This document shows, one piece after another, positions 8,411 to 17,291 of a stretch of DNA of 64,000 nt; position 1 is the first letter of the stretch; every line of letters begins with the position of its first letter. The notes beneath the pieces were generated by a model that worked only from the letters and a program-made list of their open reading frames with translations, did not search any database and had not been told where the DNA came from. The stretch is from positions 4,256,001-4,320,000 of the forward strand of contig CAWKDB010000010.1 in the NCBI GenBank assembly GCA_963848295.1, given 5' to 3'. The position numbers and the translations under genes were made by a program. Source of the stretch: an uncultured delta proteobacterium (GTDB lineage: Bacteria > Myxococcota_A > Polyangia > Haliangiales > Haliangiaceae).

Positions 8411-10748
8411 CCACCGAGGCAGCGGACTTCGTCCGATACGTCGCGTCGATGTACGTCATCAGATCGAGGAGGTTGGTCTCCATCCGAGCGGTGCCGCCGA
8501 GCGGCGCGTCGGTGTAGAACGTGCCCTCTTCGCATCCGTCGGTGTCATCGGGCGGCAGCGGTACGCCGTTGTCACTGCCCGGGCGGCAGCGACCGTCGAC
8601 GAACACCATGATGAACTTCTGGATCCGCGTCTCGATCGGCTCGCTCGCGATCATGTGGTTCGCGACCACCGCCGACAGCGCGACCAGGTCGCTCGGCTGT
8701 TGGCCGTAACCGTGGAGCACGTAGACGACCGGATACGTCGCGTTCGCGTTGGCCGGATCGTCATAGCCCGGCGGCAGGTAGAGCGAGAACGGGCTGACTC
8801 GGCCGGTGGTCGGCGACGTGAACGTCAGATCCGGCAGCGTGTCGCCGGCGTCGTAGCTGTCGGTGAGATCGCCGTCGGGCCAGCCATGGTCGATCCACGA
8901 GAACGCGGTCTCGATGCGGTAGATCGCCTGTGCCGGCGTGCCGACGTGACGGCCATCGCCCATCATGATCGTGTCGGGCGTCGCGTCGGGATCGCCGTAG
9001 CGCAGATAGTCGTTCTTCGGGATCGAGTCCCAATCGATCGTCGTGAAGTCGTAGTTGAAGTCGTTCGCGTTCCCGACGAGCGAGCCGAAGCCGTCCCACA
9101 CGCCGAACGGCAGCGTGCCGTCCGCCATCGCGACCGCAGTCGTCCGGTTCACCGCGATCCAGTTGTTGAAGAAGTCGCGGATGCCGGCGTCGAACCACAT
9201 GCCCATGTGGTGTGCCTGGTCGGGCGTCAGGCCCTTGAGCCCTTCGTTGAAGTCGTTCGCGTACCAGCGCGCGACGTTCGGCGACAGGTCCCACTTGCCG
9301 TTGCCCTCGCCGTAGTCGTAGCAACCCGCGATCCCGAGCGGCGGCGTGTCTCCGGCCTGGCACGTCCCGGCGACGCCATCGAGGCCGACGTCTTCGAACG
9401 GCTCGCCTTGATCGTAGTTGCCGTTGCCTTCGGTGCCGAGCGGGTTGCGGATGAAGTCGTAGTCGTCGTGGTCCGGATCGGGGTTCGCGACCGGATCGTA
9501 GCCGGGCTCGTCCTTGTCGGCGAGGCCGTCCGTGCCGATGTCGGAGAATGGCTCGTACGCGTTGGTGATCACCGGCTCGCCGGAGTCGCGCACGCCGTTG
9601 CCGTTGAGGTCGACCGCGAGCAGCACCTCGGCCGGGTTCGTCTGCGGCAGGCTCGGATCGAACACCGCGAGGCCTAGGTTCGGGCCGTCACCGCCGTCGC
9701 AGAACGTGATCACCGGCTTCGAGCCGTCGGGGTTGAACTCGCGATCGTAGAAGTTGTTCAGCACGACCGGCGCCGCGCAGCGCGACGTCGGCTCGGCGAA
9801 GAACGAGAAGTCGACGCCCGGCGGCGCGTAGGCGTTGGTCGGGTTGTAGAGCGCGGGGTTGCCGAGCGCGCGCGACATGTCGCGAGCGGCTTTCATGTAG
9901 AAGCCGCGGCTCAACGTCAGGCCAACGCCATCGCCGGATTGGGTGAGCATGTGCTCGTAGTCCGACGCGACCTCGCCTTGACCGGGGTACTTCGCCGGGT
10001 TCGGGCACAGCTGGCCGACCATGCCGTTGCCTGCCGCCTCGTCGGCTGCGGTGCAGAACCCGCCGAACAGGTCATCGCGCACCATCCCGAGCGTGTAGAT
10101 CATCGACGCGCCCGGATCTCCGCCCATGTCGGCGAACGCGTCGAACTTCTCCGGGTGATGCATCGCGATCGCGACCGACGCGAAGCCACCCATCGAGATG
10201 CCGATCACCGCGTTGTACGTGAACGCCTCGGTCTGGGTCTGGCCGGCGTTCGTCGTCGCGACGAGCTGATACGTCGTGAGCTCGTTCGCCTCGAACGTCG
10301 CGCGCGACGCATACGGGTCGGTCGCGTCGAGCTGCCGGTTCGCGACCTCGGGGAAGTACGCCGGCATGCCCGGCCGCTGTGCGACGATGCGGACGTTCCT
10401 CGGTCGCGCCCCGGTCGGCAGCCGCGCGGCCTTGTACGGCAGCGTCAGCTCGAACGGGCGATCCGAGTAAGCGCCTTCGCTGCCGAAGCTGACCGCCGGG
10501 CCGAGCGTCATGAACCCATCGGGTGCGATGTCGGCCGCGCACGCGATCGACACGGCGCCGGCCGGCAGGGTCGTATCGCCGGTCGCGGCGATCGCAGCGC
10601 CGTTCAAGTCGTCGTTGCCGGAGTAGGTCACCGCGCCCCCCGAGCTCAGCGTTCCCGAGGTGCTTCCGGTGCAGACGATCGCGGTGGAATGCGAGTCGCC
10701 GCAGGCGGCGATCAGCGAGCTCAAGACGACAAGTCGGCGCCACGTCAT
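8397..10748 (-). CDS. Lipoprotein, alpha/beta-hydrolase (PF00756 esterase-like) with apparently permuted motif order and Asp-rich loops
   Basis: Lipobox LIAAC; GISMGG..HPEKF motif; C-terminal YLPPGY..YPVVYVLHGYG..YIDATYRT; DLNGNG/DGLAD/DPDHDD loops. Confidence 0.75.
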   Translation of the reverse strand: MTWRRLVVLSSLIAACGDSHSTAIVCTGSTSGTLSSGGAVTYSGNDDLNGAAIAATGDTTLPAGAVSIACAADIAPDGFMTLGPAVSFGSEGAYSDRPFELTLPYKAARLPTGARPRNVRIVAQRPGMPAYFPEVANRQLDATDPYASRATFEANELTTYQLVATTNAGQTQTEAFTYNAVIGISMGGFASVAIAMHHPEKFDAFADMGGDPGASMIYTLGMVRDDLFGGFCTAADEAAGNGMVGQLCPNPAKYPGQGEVASDYEHMLTQSGDGVGLTLSRGFYMKAARDMSRALGNPALYNPTNAYAPPGVDFSFFAEPTSRCAAPVVLNNFYDREFNPDGSKPVITFCDGGDGPNLGLAVFDPSLPQTNPAEVLLAVDLNGNGVRDSGEPVITNAYEPFSDIGTDGLADKDEPGYDPVANPDPDHDDYDFIRNPLGTEGNGNYDQGEPFEDVGLDGVAGTCQAGDTPPLGIAGCYDYGEGNGKWDLSPNVARWYANDFNEGLKGLTPDQAHHMGMWFDAGIRDFFNNWIAVNRTTAVAMADGTLPFGVWDGFGSLVGNANDFNYDFTTIDWDSIPKNDYLRYGDPDATPDTIMMGDGRHVGTPAQAIYRIETAFSWIDHGWPDGDLTDSYDAGDTLPDLTFTSPTTGRVSPFSLYLPPGYDDPANANATYPVVYVLHGYGQQPSDLVALSAVVANHMIASEPIETRIQKFIMVFVDGRCRPGSDNGVPLPPDDTDGCEEGTFYTDAPLGGTARMETNLLDLMTYIDATYRTKSAASVDVVQ

Positions 10749-10865
10749 GTGTGCCCGGACCATACACATACATGGCCGAAACTCTATCGGAATTGCGCAC
10801 GGACAAAAGTTGGCCCAGGGGTGGGGCGATCCGTAGTGTCGATCACGGTGAAGCTCGTAGCCGAG

Positions 10866-11174
10866 ATGCACGTCGCCCCAGCGCTGCGGCGCTGGACCTC
10901 GCGCCTCGCGCTCGCCTTGGTCGTCGCGATCGCGATCGGCTACTTGCCCGCCGAGATGCTGCGCCGCGATCCGCAAGCGGTGAAGCTCCAGACCCAGCTC
11001 GAGCAGCTGCAAGCCCAGGGGCGCGACCTCGCCGCGACGAATACCGCGCTGCTGAGCGAGATCGCGGCGCTGCGCAGTGATGTCGGCGCGATCGAGGACC
11101 ACGCGCGCAGCGACCTCGGCATGGTCTATCCCGACGAGGTCGTGTTGCGCGTCCGCAAGGACCCGCCGCGATGA
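10866..11174 (+). CDS. ftsB: Septum formation initiator FtsB/DivIC
   Basis: TM segment, coiled coil, and IEDHARSDLGMVYPDEVV motif. Confidence 0.85.
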   Translation: MHVAPALRRWTSRLALALVVAIAIGYLPAEMLRRDPQAVKLQTQLEQLQAQGRDLAATNTALLSEIAALRSDVGAIEDHARSDLGMVYPDEVVLRVRKDPPR

Positions 11175-13445
11175 CGATCATCCCGGTGACCTGGCGGCGA
11201 GCGCTGCGCCGAGCCGCGAAGATGTCGATCGGCGCTGCGGCAGGAGCGCTCGCATGCGTCGCGGTCGCGGTCGGAGGTGTCGACATCGGCGACTTGCTCG
11301 CCGATGGCAGCGGCGCCGAAGGGCGGCGCGGTGTGATCGACGGTGCGGCGTTGACCGCGCCGAGCATTCCGCTACCGCAGGCGATCGGCGTCGTCGCGGT
11401 TGCCGCGCTCGTGTTGATCGCGGTGATCCGCCGATTGCAGTTCGCGCCGCCATCGGCGCGGGCGCAACGGGTGTCGTTCTGGCTCGCGGCGTCGAGTGAT
11501 CTCGCCGACCTCGAGCTCGCGCTCGCGCTCGTCGCCGGCTTGCATGTCGTCATCGCGGTGACCGGGGGCCTGGCATCGCCGGCATATCCACTGCTGTACG
11601 GGTTGGTCGCGTTCGCCGCGACCGTGCTCGCGCGGCCCGGCGCGGTCGCGACGGTGGGCGCCGCGGCGGTGCTCGAGACCGCGCTCGTCATTCGCACCGG
11701 CGCGACCCCGCATGCGATCGCGTCGGCGGGGATCCACGGCGCATTCCTCGCCGGTGCGGCGGCCGCCCATGCGGTGCTGTTGCGCGGCTTGACCGCTCGC
11801 TATCGCCGGCGGCGCGCTCGTCGGCTCGAACAAGAGCTGATCGCGCTGCGCGATTCGGCGCGCGACTATCGCTTGATCGCGGCGGCGCTCGGCCCGGGTA
11901 GCCGCGCTCCGCGCACGCGCGATGAAGAGGAGCGACTGCTCGCGATCGGCGGGGTCGGGATGATCGGCGATGCGACCGGCTGGGTGCTCGACGACGCTCA
12001 AGCGCTCGCTCGGGGCGCGCACCGTCGCGCTGCTGTGGGTCGACGACGACGGCGAGCGGATCAAGCTCAAGGACGTCGCGTCCGATGCCGACGACATCAC
12101 CGAGACCCAGCGGCTGCCGACCGCCGGCGTGCTCGGCGCGGTGCTGCGCGATCGCGAGCCGTTGCTCGTCGCGGTCACGAAGCCCGGCCAGCTGCCGTAC
12201 TACGACGGTGGCCGCGGCGGGGTCGCGCTCGTCGCGGTGCCGATCCTCGAGTCGACGCATCTGCGCGGCATCCTCGCCGCCGATCGCGATGCGCCGTTCT
12301 CCGAAGCCGATCGCGATCTGCTCGCCGATTCCGCCGGCCAGGTGCTGCGCGCGGTCCAGTCCGAGCAAGTGTTTCGCGCGGTCGAGCGTGCGAAGTACGA
12401 ATACGAGCGGTTCTATCAAGCGACCGCGATGCTCGGGCGCGCGCTCACGCCCGAGCAAGTGATGGAGACCGCGTTCGATGCCGCCGCCGCGATCGTCGAG
12501 TACGACGCCGGCGCGATCGCGCTCTACGACAAGGAGCGCTCGCGTCACAAGGTCAGCGCGGTGCGCGTGCGACCGGGCGGCGAGGGGCTCGTCGATCCGA
12601 ACCAGCTCGCCGAGCTCGAGTTCAAGGACAACGCCGGCCTCGCCGCGATGGTCGTGAAGAACCGCCACTACCTGCCGGCCGGCGGCGAGCCGCGCGAAGT
12701 ATCGGCGCCGATCTACACCCGCAAGGTCAAGATCGACGACGCGAAGTCCTTGCTCGTGTTGCCGCTGCTGTCCGCCGACGAAGCGATCGGCACGCTCACG
12801 CTCGTCGCGCGCGCCGAGAAGCGGTTCGGCAAGGACGTGCGCGAGATGCTCGCGGTGATCGCGAATCAGGTCGCGATCGCGCTCCAGAACGGCTTCCTCT
12901 ACAAGAAGATGGAGACGATGGCCACGACGGATGGCCTGACCGGACTGACGAACCACCGCACGTTCCAGCAGCGGTTCGAGGACATGCTGCAGCGCGCGCA
13001 GCGTCATAACCACAAGGTCGCGTTGCTCCTGTGCGACATCGACCACTTCAAGAACGTCAACGACAGGTATGGCCATCCGATCGGCGATGAGGTCCTGCGC
13101 CGCGTCGCGAAGGTGCTCGCCGACGTGCCGCGCAAGATCGATATCCCGGCGCGCTACGGCGGCGAAGAGTTCGCGGTGCTGCTCGACAACGTCGACGTCG
13201 CGCAGGCCAAGGCGGTCGCCGAGCGCATTCGCATCGAGATCGAGAGGCTCGTGGTCGAGACCGACAAAGGGCCGCTGTCGGTCACCGAGTCGATCGGCGT
13301 CGCTGCGTTTCCGGAGGATGGCCGCGATCGCGCCGTGTTGATCGAGCGCGCCGACCTCGCGCTCTATCACGCGAAGCACACCGGACGTAATCGCGTGGTC
13401 ACGTGGGGCGAGTGCCAGGCCGCGAAGGCGAAGAAGGCCGGCTAG
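11171..13445 (+). CDS. dmxA: Membrane-bound GAF-GAF-GGDEF diguanylate cyclase (DmxA-like), frameshift near 11990
   Basis: TM-rich N-terminus (11171 frame); two GAF regions, TDGLTGL, DIDHFKNVNDRYGH and RYGGEEF (11970 frame); ATGA overlap with ftsB. Confidence 0.75.
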
Positions 13446-13579
13446 CGACAGCGGCGCTCGCAGACGCGGCGACCGTGGTCCCAGAAGCATTCGGTTCGGC
13501 ACGGGCGCGAGGTCACGAAGCAACTCGCGAGCGTGGAAGCGACCAGTGCAGCGACGACGAGTATCTTGATGTTTTTCAT
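13442..13579 (-). CDS. 45-aa Cys-rich cationic secreted peptide/lipoprotein
   Basis: MKNIKILVVAALVASTLASC signal, then FVTSRPCRTECFWDHGRRVCERRCR; AGAGGA RBS upstream. Confidence 0.65.
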   Translation of the reverse strand: MKNIKILVVAALVASTLASCFVTSRPCRTECFWDHGRRVCERRCR

Positions 13580-13689
13580 CGGAGTCCTCTGGGCGGCTCG
13601 AGTGCATGACTTCGCCAGCGGCGAGCCAGTTAAACGATAAAATGAAAAAGGCCGGCTAGGCCGGCCAGTTTCGTGCACAAACGGCGCGA

Positions 13690-13959
13690 CTACTTGTGGT
13701 TGCTAACCCACTCCGCGGCCTTGTCGAGCTGTTCCTTCGCGGCCGCGATCGCCTCCTTCGCCTTCTGGCCGTGACCGCCTTCGTCCTTCCAGATCGGCTC
13801 GTTCGCCTGCTGCGACTTGGTGATCCACTTGTCGGCATCGTTGAGCGCGTTGCGCGCTTTCTCGAGGTTCGGGTGGCCGCGGAGCGGGCCAGCGGCGACA
13901 TAGCCGATCGGCAGAGCGACAGCGGCGGTGAGCAGGACGGTCATGATCGTAGAGCGCAT
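13690..13959 (-). CDS. Small secreted helical protein
   Basis: Signal peptide; HPNL...QQANE..DEGGHGQKAK; AGGAG RBS before ATG 13959. Confidence 0.75.
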   Translation of the reverse strand: MRSTIMTVLLTAAVALPIGYVAAGPLRGHPNLEKARNALNDADKWITKSQQANEPIWKDEGGHGQKAKEAIAAAKEQLDKAAEWVSNHK

Positions 13960-14008
13960 GCGTTCTCCTAAAAGTAGGTTTGGAAATCTCGATCGGAAAC
14001 TTTCTTCG

Positions 14009-14024
14009 TGCAGCGAACGTGCCG
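14009..14024 (-). promoter_or_regulatory. Sigma54 (-24/-12) promoter
   Basis: CGGCACGTTCGCTGCA (GG-N10-GC) about 50 bp upstream of the 13690..13959 gene. Confidence 0.6.
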
Positions 14025-14143
14025 GCGGCTCGCAAGAATAGCAAGCAGTTGACGGAGCTAGAGCGAGGCGGGGTGACACGCCGGGGCAGAACGTCCCGGA
14101 GCTTCGCGCAACGCTCCCGGGGTCGTCATATGATGTCCAGACG

Positions 14144-16114
14144 GTGACCCTCGCCGAGGTTGGCTCGACCGCGAGCAACTACGAAATCCTCGCCAAGCTC
14201 GCGACTGGTGGCATGGCGGAGCTGTATCTCGCGCGCGCTGCGAACACCGCAGGCGTGACCCGCTACGTCGTGTTGAAGCGCGTGCTGCGCGAGCGCGCGA
14301 CCGACGCGAACTTCGTCCGGATGTTCCTCGACGAAGCGCGGCTCGCCTCGCAGCTGCAGCATCCGAACATCGCGCAGGTCTACGACATCGGAAAGCTCGG
14401 CGACTCGTACTTCTTCACGATGGAGTACGTGCACGGCGAGACCGTACGCGCCCTGCTGCATCGCTCGCATGCGCTGCGCAAACCGATCCCGATCGCGTGC
14501 GTGCTCACGATCGTCGCGGGCGCTGCGGCCGGGCTGCAACACGCACACGAGCGGATCGGCTTCGACGGTCGCCCGCTCGGCATCGTCCATCGCGACGTCT
14601 CACCGTCGAACTTGATGGTGAGCTACGAAGGTCACGTCAAGGTCGTCGATTTCGGCGTCGCGAAGGCCGAGCACCGCGACGTCGAGACGCGATCGGGCGC
14701 GGTCAAAGGCAAGATCGGTTACATGTCGCCCGAGCAGTGCCGCGGAGCGCCGCTCGATCGGCGCAGCGATCTGTTCTCGCTCGGCATCGTGATGTGGGAG
14801 ATGTTGACGAGCGAGCGCCGGTTCAAGCGCGGCAGCGACTTCGAGAACATGGCGGCGATCGTCAACGAGGAATCGCCGCTCGTGTCGTCGCGGCGCCACG
14901 AGGTGCCGCCCGAGCTCGATGCGATCGCGCGGCGCCTGCTCGATCGCGATCCGGCGACGCGTTACCAGACCAGCGACGAGCTCCTCGAGGATCTCGAGCG
15001 CGTCGCGGTGCAGACCGGCTCGGTGCTATCGGTCGCGAGCCTCGGTCGGTTCATCCGCGAGCTGTTCGGCCAGCGCCCCGAACCGTGGGTCGAGATGCAG
15101 AGCCGCGAGGTTCATCCCGAGGTCTACACCGTGACGAGCGAGCCGATTCCGGCCGACGTGCTGCCGGCTCCGGTCGATACGATCGATCGCGGGCTGCGCG
15201 CGGTGCCGGATCTCTCGCGCACGCCGGAGCACTCCGGCGCCTCCGATCTCGAGCCACCTCTGGCGCGCGACCTGCCGCTGCGCGCTCCGACGTTGACGCC
15301 GATGCCGACGACGCTGCCGATGATTCCGATCGCGCCGGGCGTCGCGATCGCAGCACCGAGCGCGCCGATGCCGATGGCGAGCTCGGGACCGACGCCCTCG
15401 GGTGTGGCGACGTACCCGCTGCCGCAGTCGTACCCGATCGTGACCGCGGCGATGGTCGGATCGGGTCGGATGCTCGCCACATCAGCGCCGGAGCCGCGCA
15501 GGCGAGTGCCGCGCATCGTGTGGATCCTCGGGCCCGCGGTCGCGCTCGGAGTCATCGTCGGCATCGCGATGTCGCTGCGTGGCGACGGTCGGCCCGACAA
15601 CTCGCGCGTGGCTGCGGCGACGACACCGCCGCCGGTCGTGACGTCGCCGCCCGTCGTGACTCCCGATGCAGCGGTGGTAGCCGTGGTCGTCGGCGATGCC
15701 CCGACGGTCGCAGCCGCGACGGTCGCAGCCGCGACGCCACCGATCGATGCCGCGGTCGCGCCACCGCCGATCGATGCCGCGGTCGCGCCGATCTCGGTCG
15801 ACGCCGGCGTCGCGGTCAAGACCGCGCACGTGGCGCCGCCGCCGCGGCGGTCACGCGGCGAGGAGCTGGTCAAGCAACTCCACGACGGCAGGTACGACGC
15901 GGTCGTGACGAGCTGCGCGGGCAGTGCTCAGCTCCTCGCGCAGAACGCACCGGCATGCACGCTCGCCGCTTGCCACGTTCACGATGCTGATCATGCGCAT
16001 GCGTGGCTCGCAGCGACCGGCAGCAAGCACGCCGCGATCGCGAGCGCGTGCAAAGGTCTCGGCGTCGAGCTCGAGCCCGACTGCCGCGCCGATCCGATGG
16101 CATGCCCGCACTGA
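14144..16114 (+). CDS. Ser/Thr protein kinase with TM segment and Cys-containing extracytoplasmic tail
   Basis: LATGGMAELY, VVLKR, HRDVSPSN, DFG, YMSPEQ. Confidence 0.95.
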   Translation: MTLAEVGSTASNYEILAKLATGGMAELYLARAANTAGVTRYVVLKRVLRERATDANFVRMFLDEARLASQLQHPNIAQVYDIGKLGDSYFFTMEYVHGETVRALLHRSHALRKPIPIACVLTIVAGAAAGLQHAHERIGFDGRPLGIVHRDVSPSNLMVSYEGHVKVVDFGVAKAEHRDVETRSGAVKGKIGYMSPEQCRGAPLDRRSDLFSLGIVMWEMLTSERRFKRGSDFENMAAIVNEESPLVSSRRHEVPPELDAIARRLLDRDPATRYQTSDELLEDLERVAVQTGSVLSVASLGRFIRELFGQRPEPWVEMQSREVHPEVYTVTSEPIPADVLPAPVDTIDRGLRAVPDLSRTPEHSGASDLEPPLARDLPLRAPTLTPMPTTLPMIPIAPGVAIAAPSAPMPMASSGPTPSGVATYPLPQSYPIVTAAMVGSGRMLATSAPEPRRRVPRIVWILGPAVALGVIVGIAMSLRGDGRPDNSRVAAATTPPPVVTSPPVVTPDAAVVAVVVGDAPTVAAATVAAATPPIDAAVAPPPIDAAVAPISVDAGVAVKTAHVAPPPRRSRGEELVKQLHDGRYDAVVTSCAGSAQLLAQNAPACTLAACHVHDADHAHAWLAATGSKHAAIASACKGLGVELEPDCRADPMACPH

Positions 16115-16115
16115 G

Positions 16116-17291
16116 CTACGGCGGCCATGGCGTCAACGCCGGCGAGATCGACGCGGTGCCGACCATCGGCGACGCGCACACGATCGCGATGTAGCCCGAG
16201 CCTCCGCCACCGCCGCCGCCGCCATGGTTCGCAAGCATGCCCACGCTCGAGCCATCGACCCTGGACTTGGCGCCGCCGTCCCCACCTTCGGAGCCGCCGC
16301 CGCTACCGGTCCCACCGAGGCCGCCGAGCGCGGGCATCGTGCCGAAGTCGCCCGGAGCGCCGTCGTGTCCCGCGGTCGTCGCGCCGCCGCCACCGCCTCC
16401 GCCTCCGCCGTTCGCGCCGAGCTGACCGGTGATCGTCACGCTCGGCGCCTCGATCAGGATCATCCCGCCAGAACCACCGCCGCTGCCGCCCGCATTTTGC
16501 GGTCCGCCTGAGCCGCCGGCGCCACCGGTCTGGATTCCGCCGCTCTGGCTGTACGACACCGCGGACGCGAAATCGACGGCGCCTCCGCCGGCGCCACCGT
16601 CGGGCCCTACGTTCTGGCTGTCGCCACCGGCACCACCGGGACAACCGCCGAGCAACCCGACCGCGACAGAGCTCGTCTCGCCCGCGCCCCCCGGAATATC
16701 CCCGACGTCGCCCTTGCCGCCGTCGCCGCCGTTGCCTTGGTACGCGCCGCCGCCGCCACCGCCGCCGCCGTTGTTATCAGGGCTGCCATCGACACCGCCG
16801 AGCGGGGCGCAACTCGGGAGCAACCGCGCGCCGGATTCCACGACGACCGCGCCATCGATCTGGATCGCGTCGGTCGCGATGATCGCGACGGGCGTCGTGC
16901 CTTCGAGCGTGAAGGTCGAGCCGAGCTCGCTGTGGAACGTCGTCGCGAGCACGACCTCGATCGGCCCGGCCGGACCGGTAACCCGGACGTTCTGGGCCAC
17001 CTCGGTCGCGCCATTGATCGTCAAGAAGTGCGAGTCGCTGTCGTAGCTCGCAGCGTCGACGAGGTCGATCGCCGTCGCTTGCGAGAAGTCGAGCTGACAC
17101 GTGTCGACCTCGGTCGAGAACGACGTGCACGGCGCATCGGAGCTCGCGTCGCGCGAGAGGTTGCTGTCGCCGGTGTCCGCGTCGCGGTCGATCAACACCG
17201 GCGGGTCGAGCCCGAGCAGGTTCGAACATCCCGCGAGCGCGAGCGCGCTCAGCGTCGCGACTGCAGTCGTCGTCATCACGATGGCGGCCAC
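16116..17291 (-). CDS. Glycine-rich lipoprotein (paralog 1)
   Basis: LAGC-SNLLGLDPPVL; GGGGGGSGGMILIEAP, ANGGGGGGG. Confidence 0.8.
   Translation of the reverse strand: MAAIVMTTTAVATLSALALAGCSNLLGLDPPVLIDRDADTGDSNLSRDASSDAPCTSFSTEVDTCQLDFSQATAIDLVDAASYDSDSHFLTINGATEVAQNVRVTGPAGPIEVVLATTFHSELGSTFTLEGTTPVAIIATDAIQIDGAVVVESGARLLPSCAPLGGVDGSPDNNGGGGGGGGAYQGNGGDGGKGDVGDIPGGAGETSSVAVGLLGGCPGGAGGDSQNVGPDGGAGGGAVDFASAVSYSQSGGIQTGGAGGSGGPQNAGGSGGGSGGMILIEAPSVTITGQLGANGGGGGGGGGATTAGHDGAPGDFGTMPALGGLGGTGSGGGSEGGDGGAKSRVDGSSVGMLANHGGGGGGGGSGYIAIVCASPMVGTASISPALTPWPP

Noticed and set aside
7383..9677. Long antisense or alternate-frame ORFs (also 42165..45110, 42044..44476, 59479..61071, 11688..13607)
   Set aside because: They shadow well-supported genes and have Arg/Ala-rich, motif-free translations typical of high-GC DNA.
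9939..10865. Long N-terminal extension of FtsB in the ORF track
   Set aside because: Overlaps the hydrolase gene on the opposite strand; FtsB similarity begins at ATG 10866.
13600..13620. Sigma54 promoter for the Cys-rich peptide
   Set aside because: GG-to-GC spacing is 9 nt rather than the required 10.
15700..15810. Short tandem DNA repeats (also 39010-39070, KPADT units)
   Set aside because: In-frame low-complexity linkers inside kinases, not independent elements.
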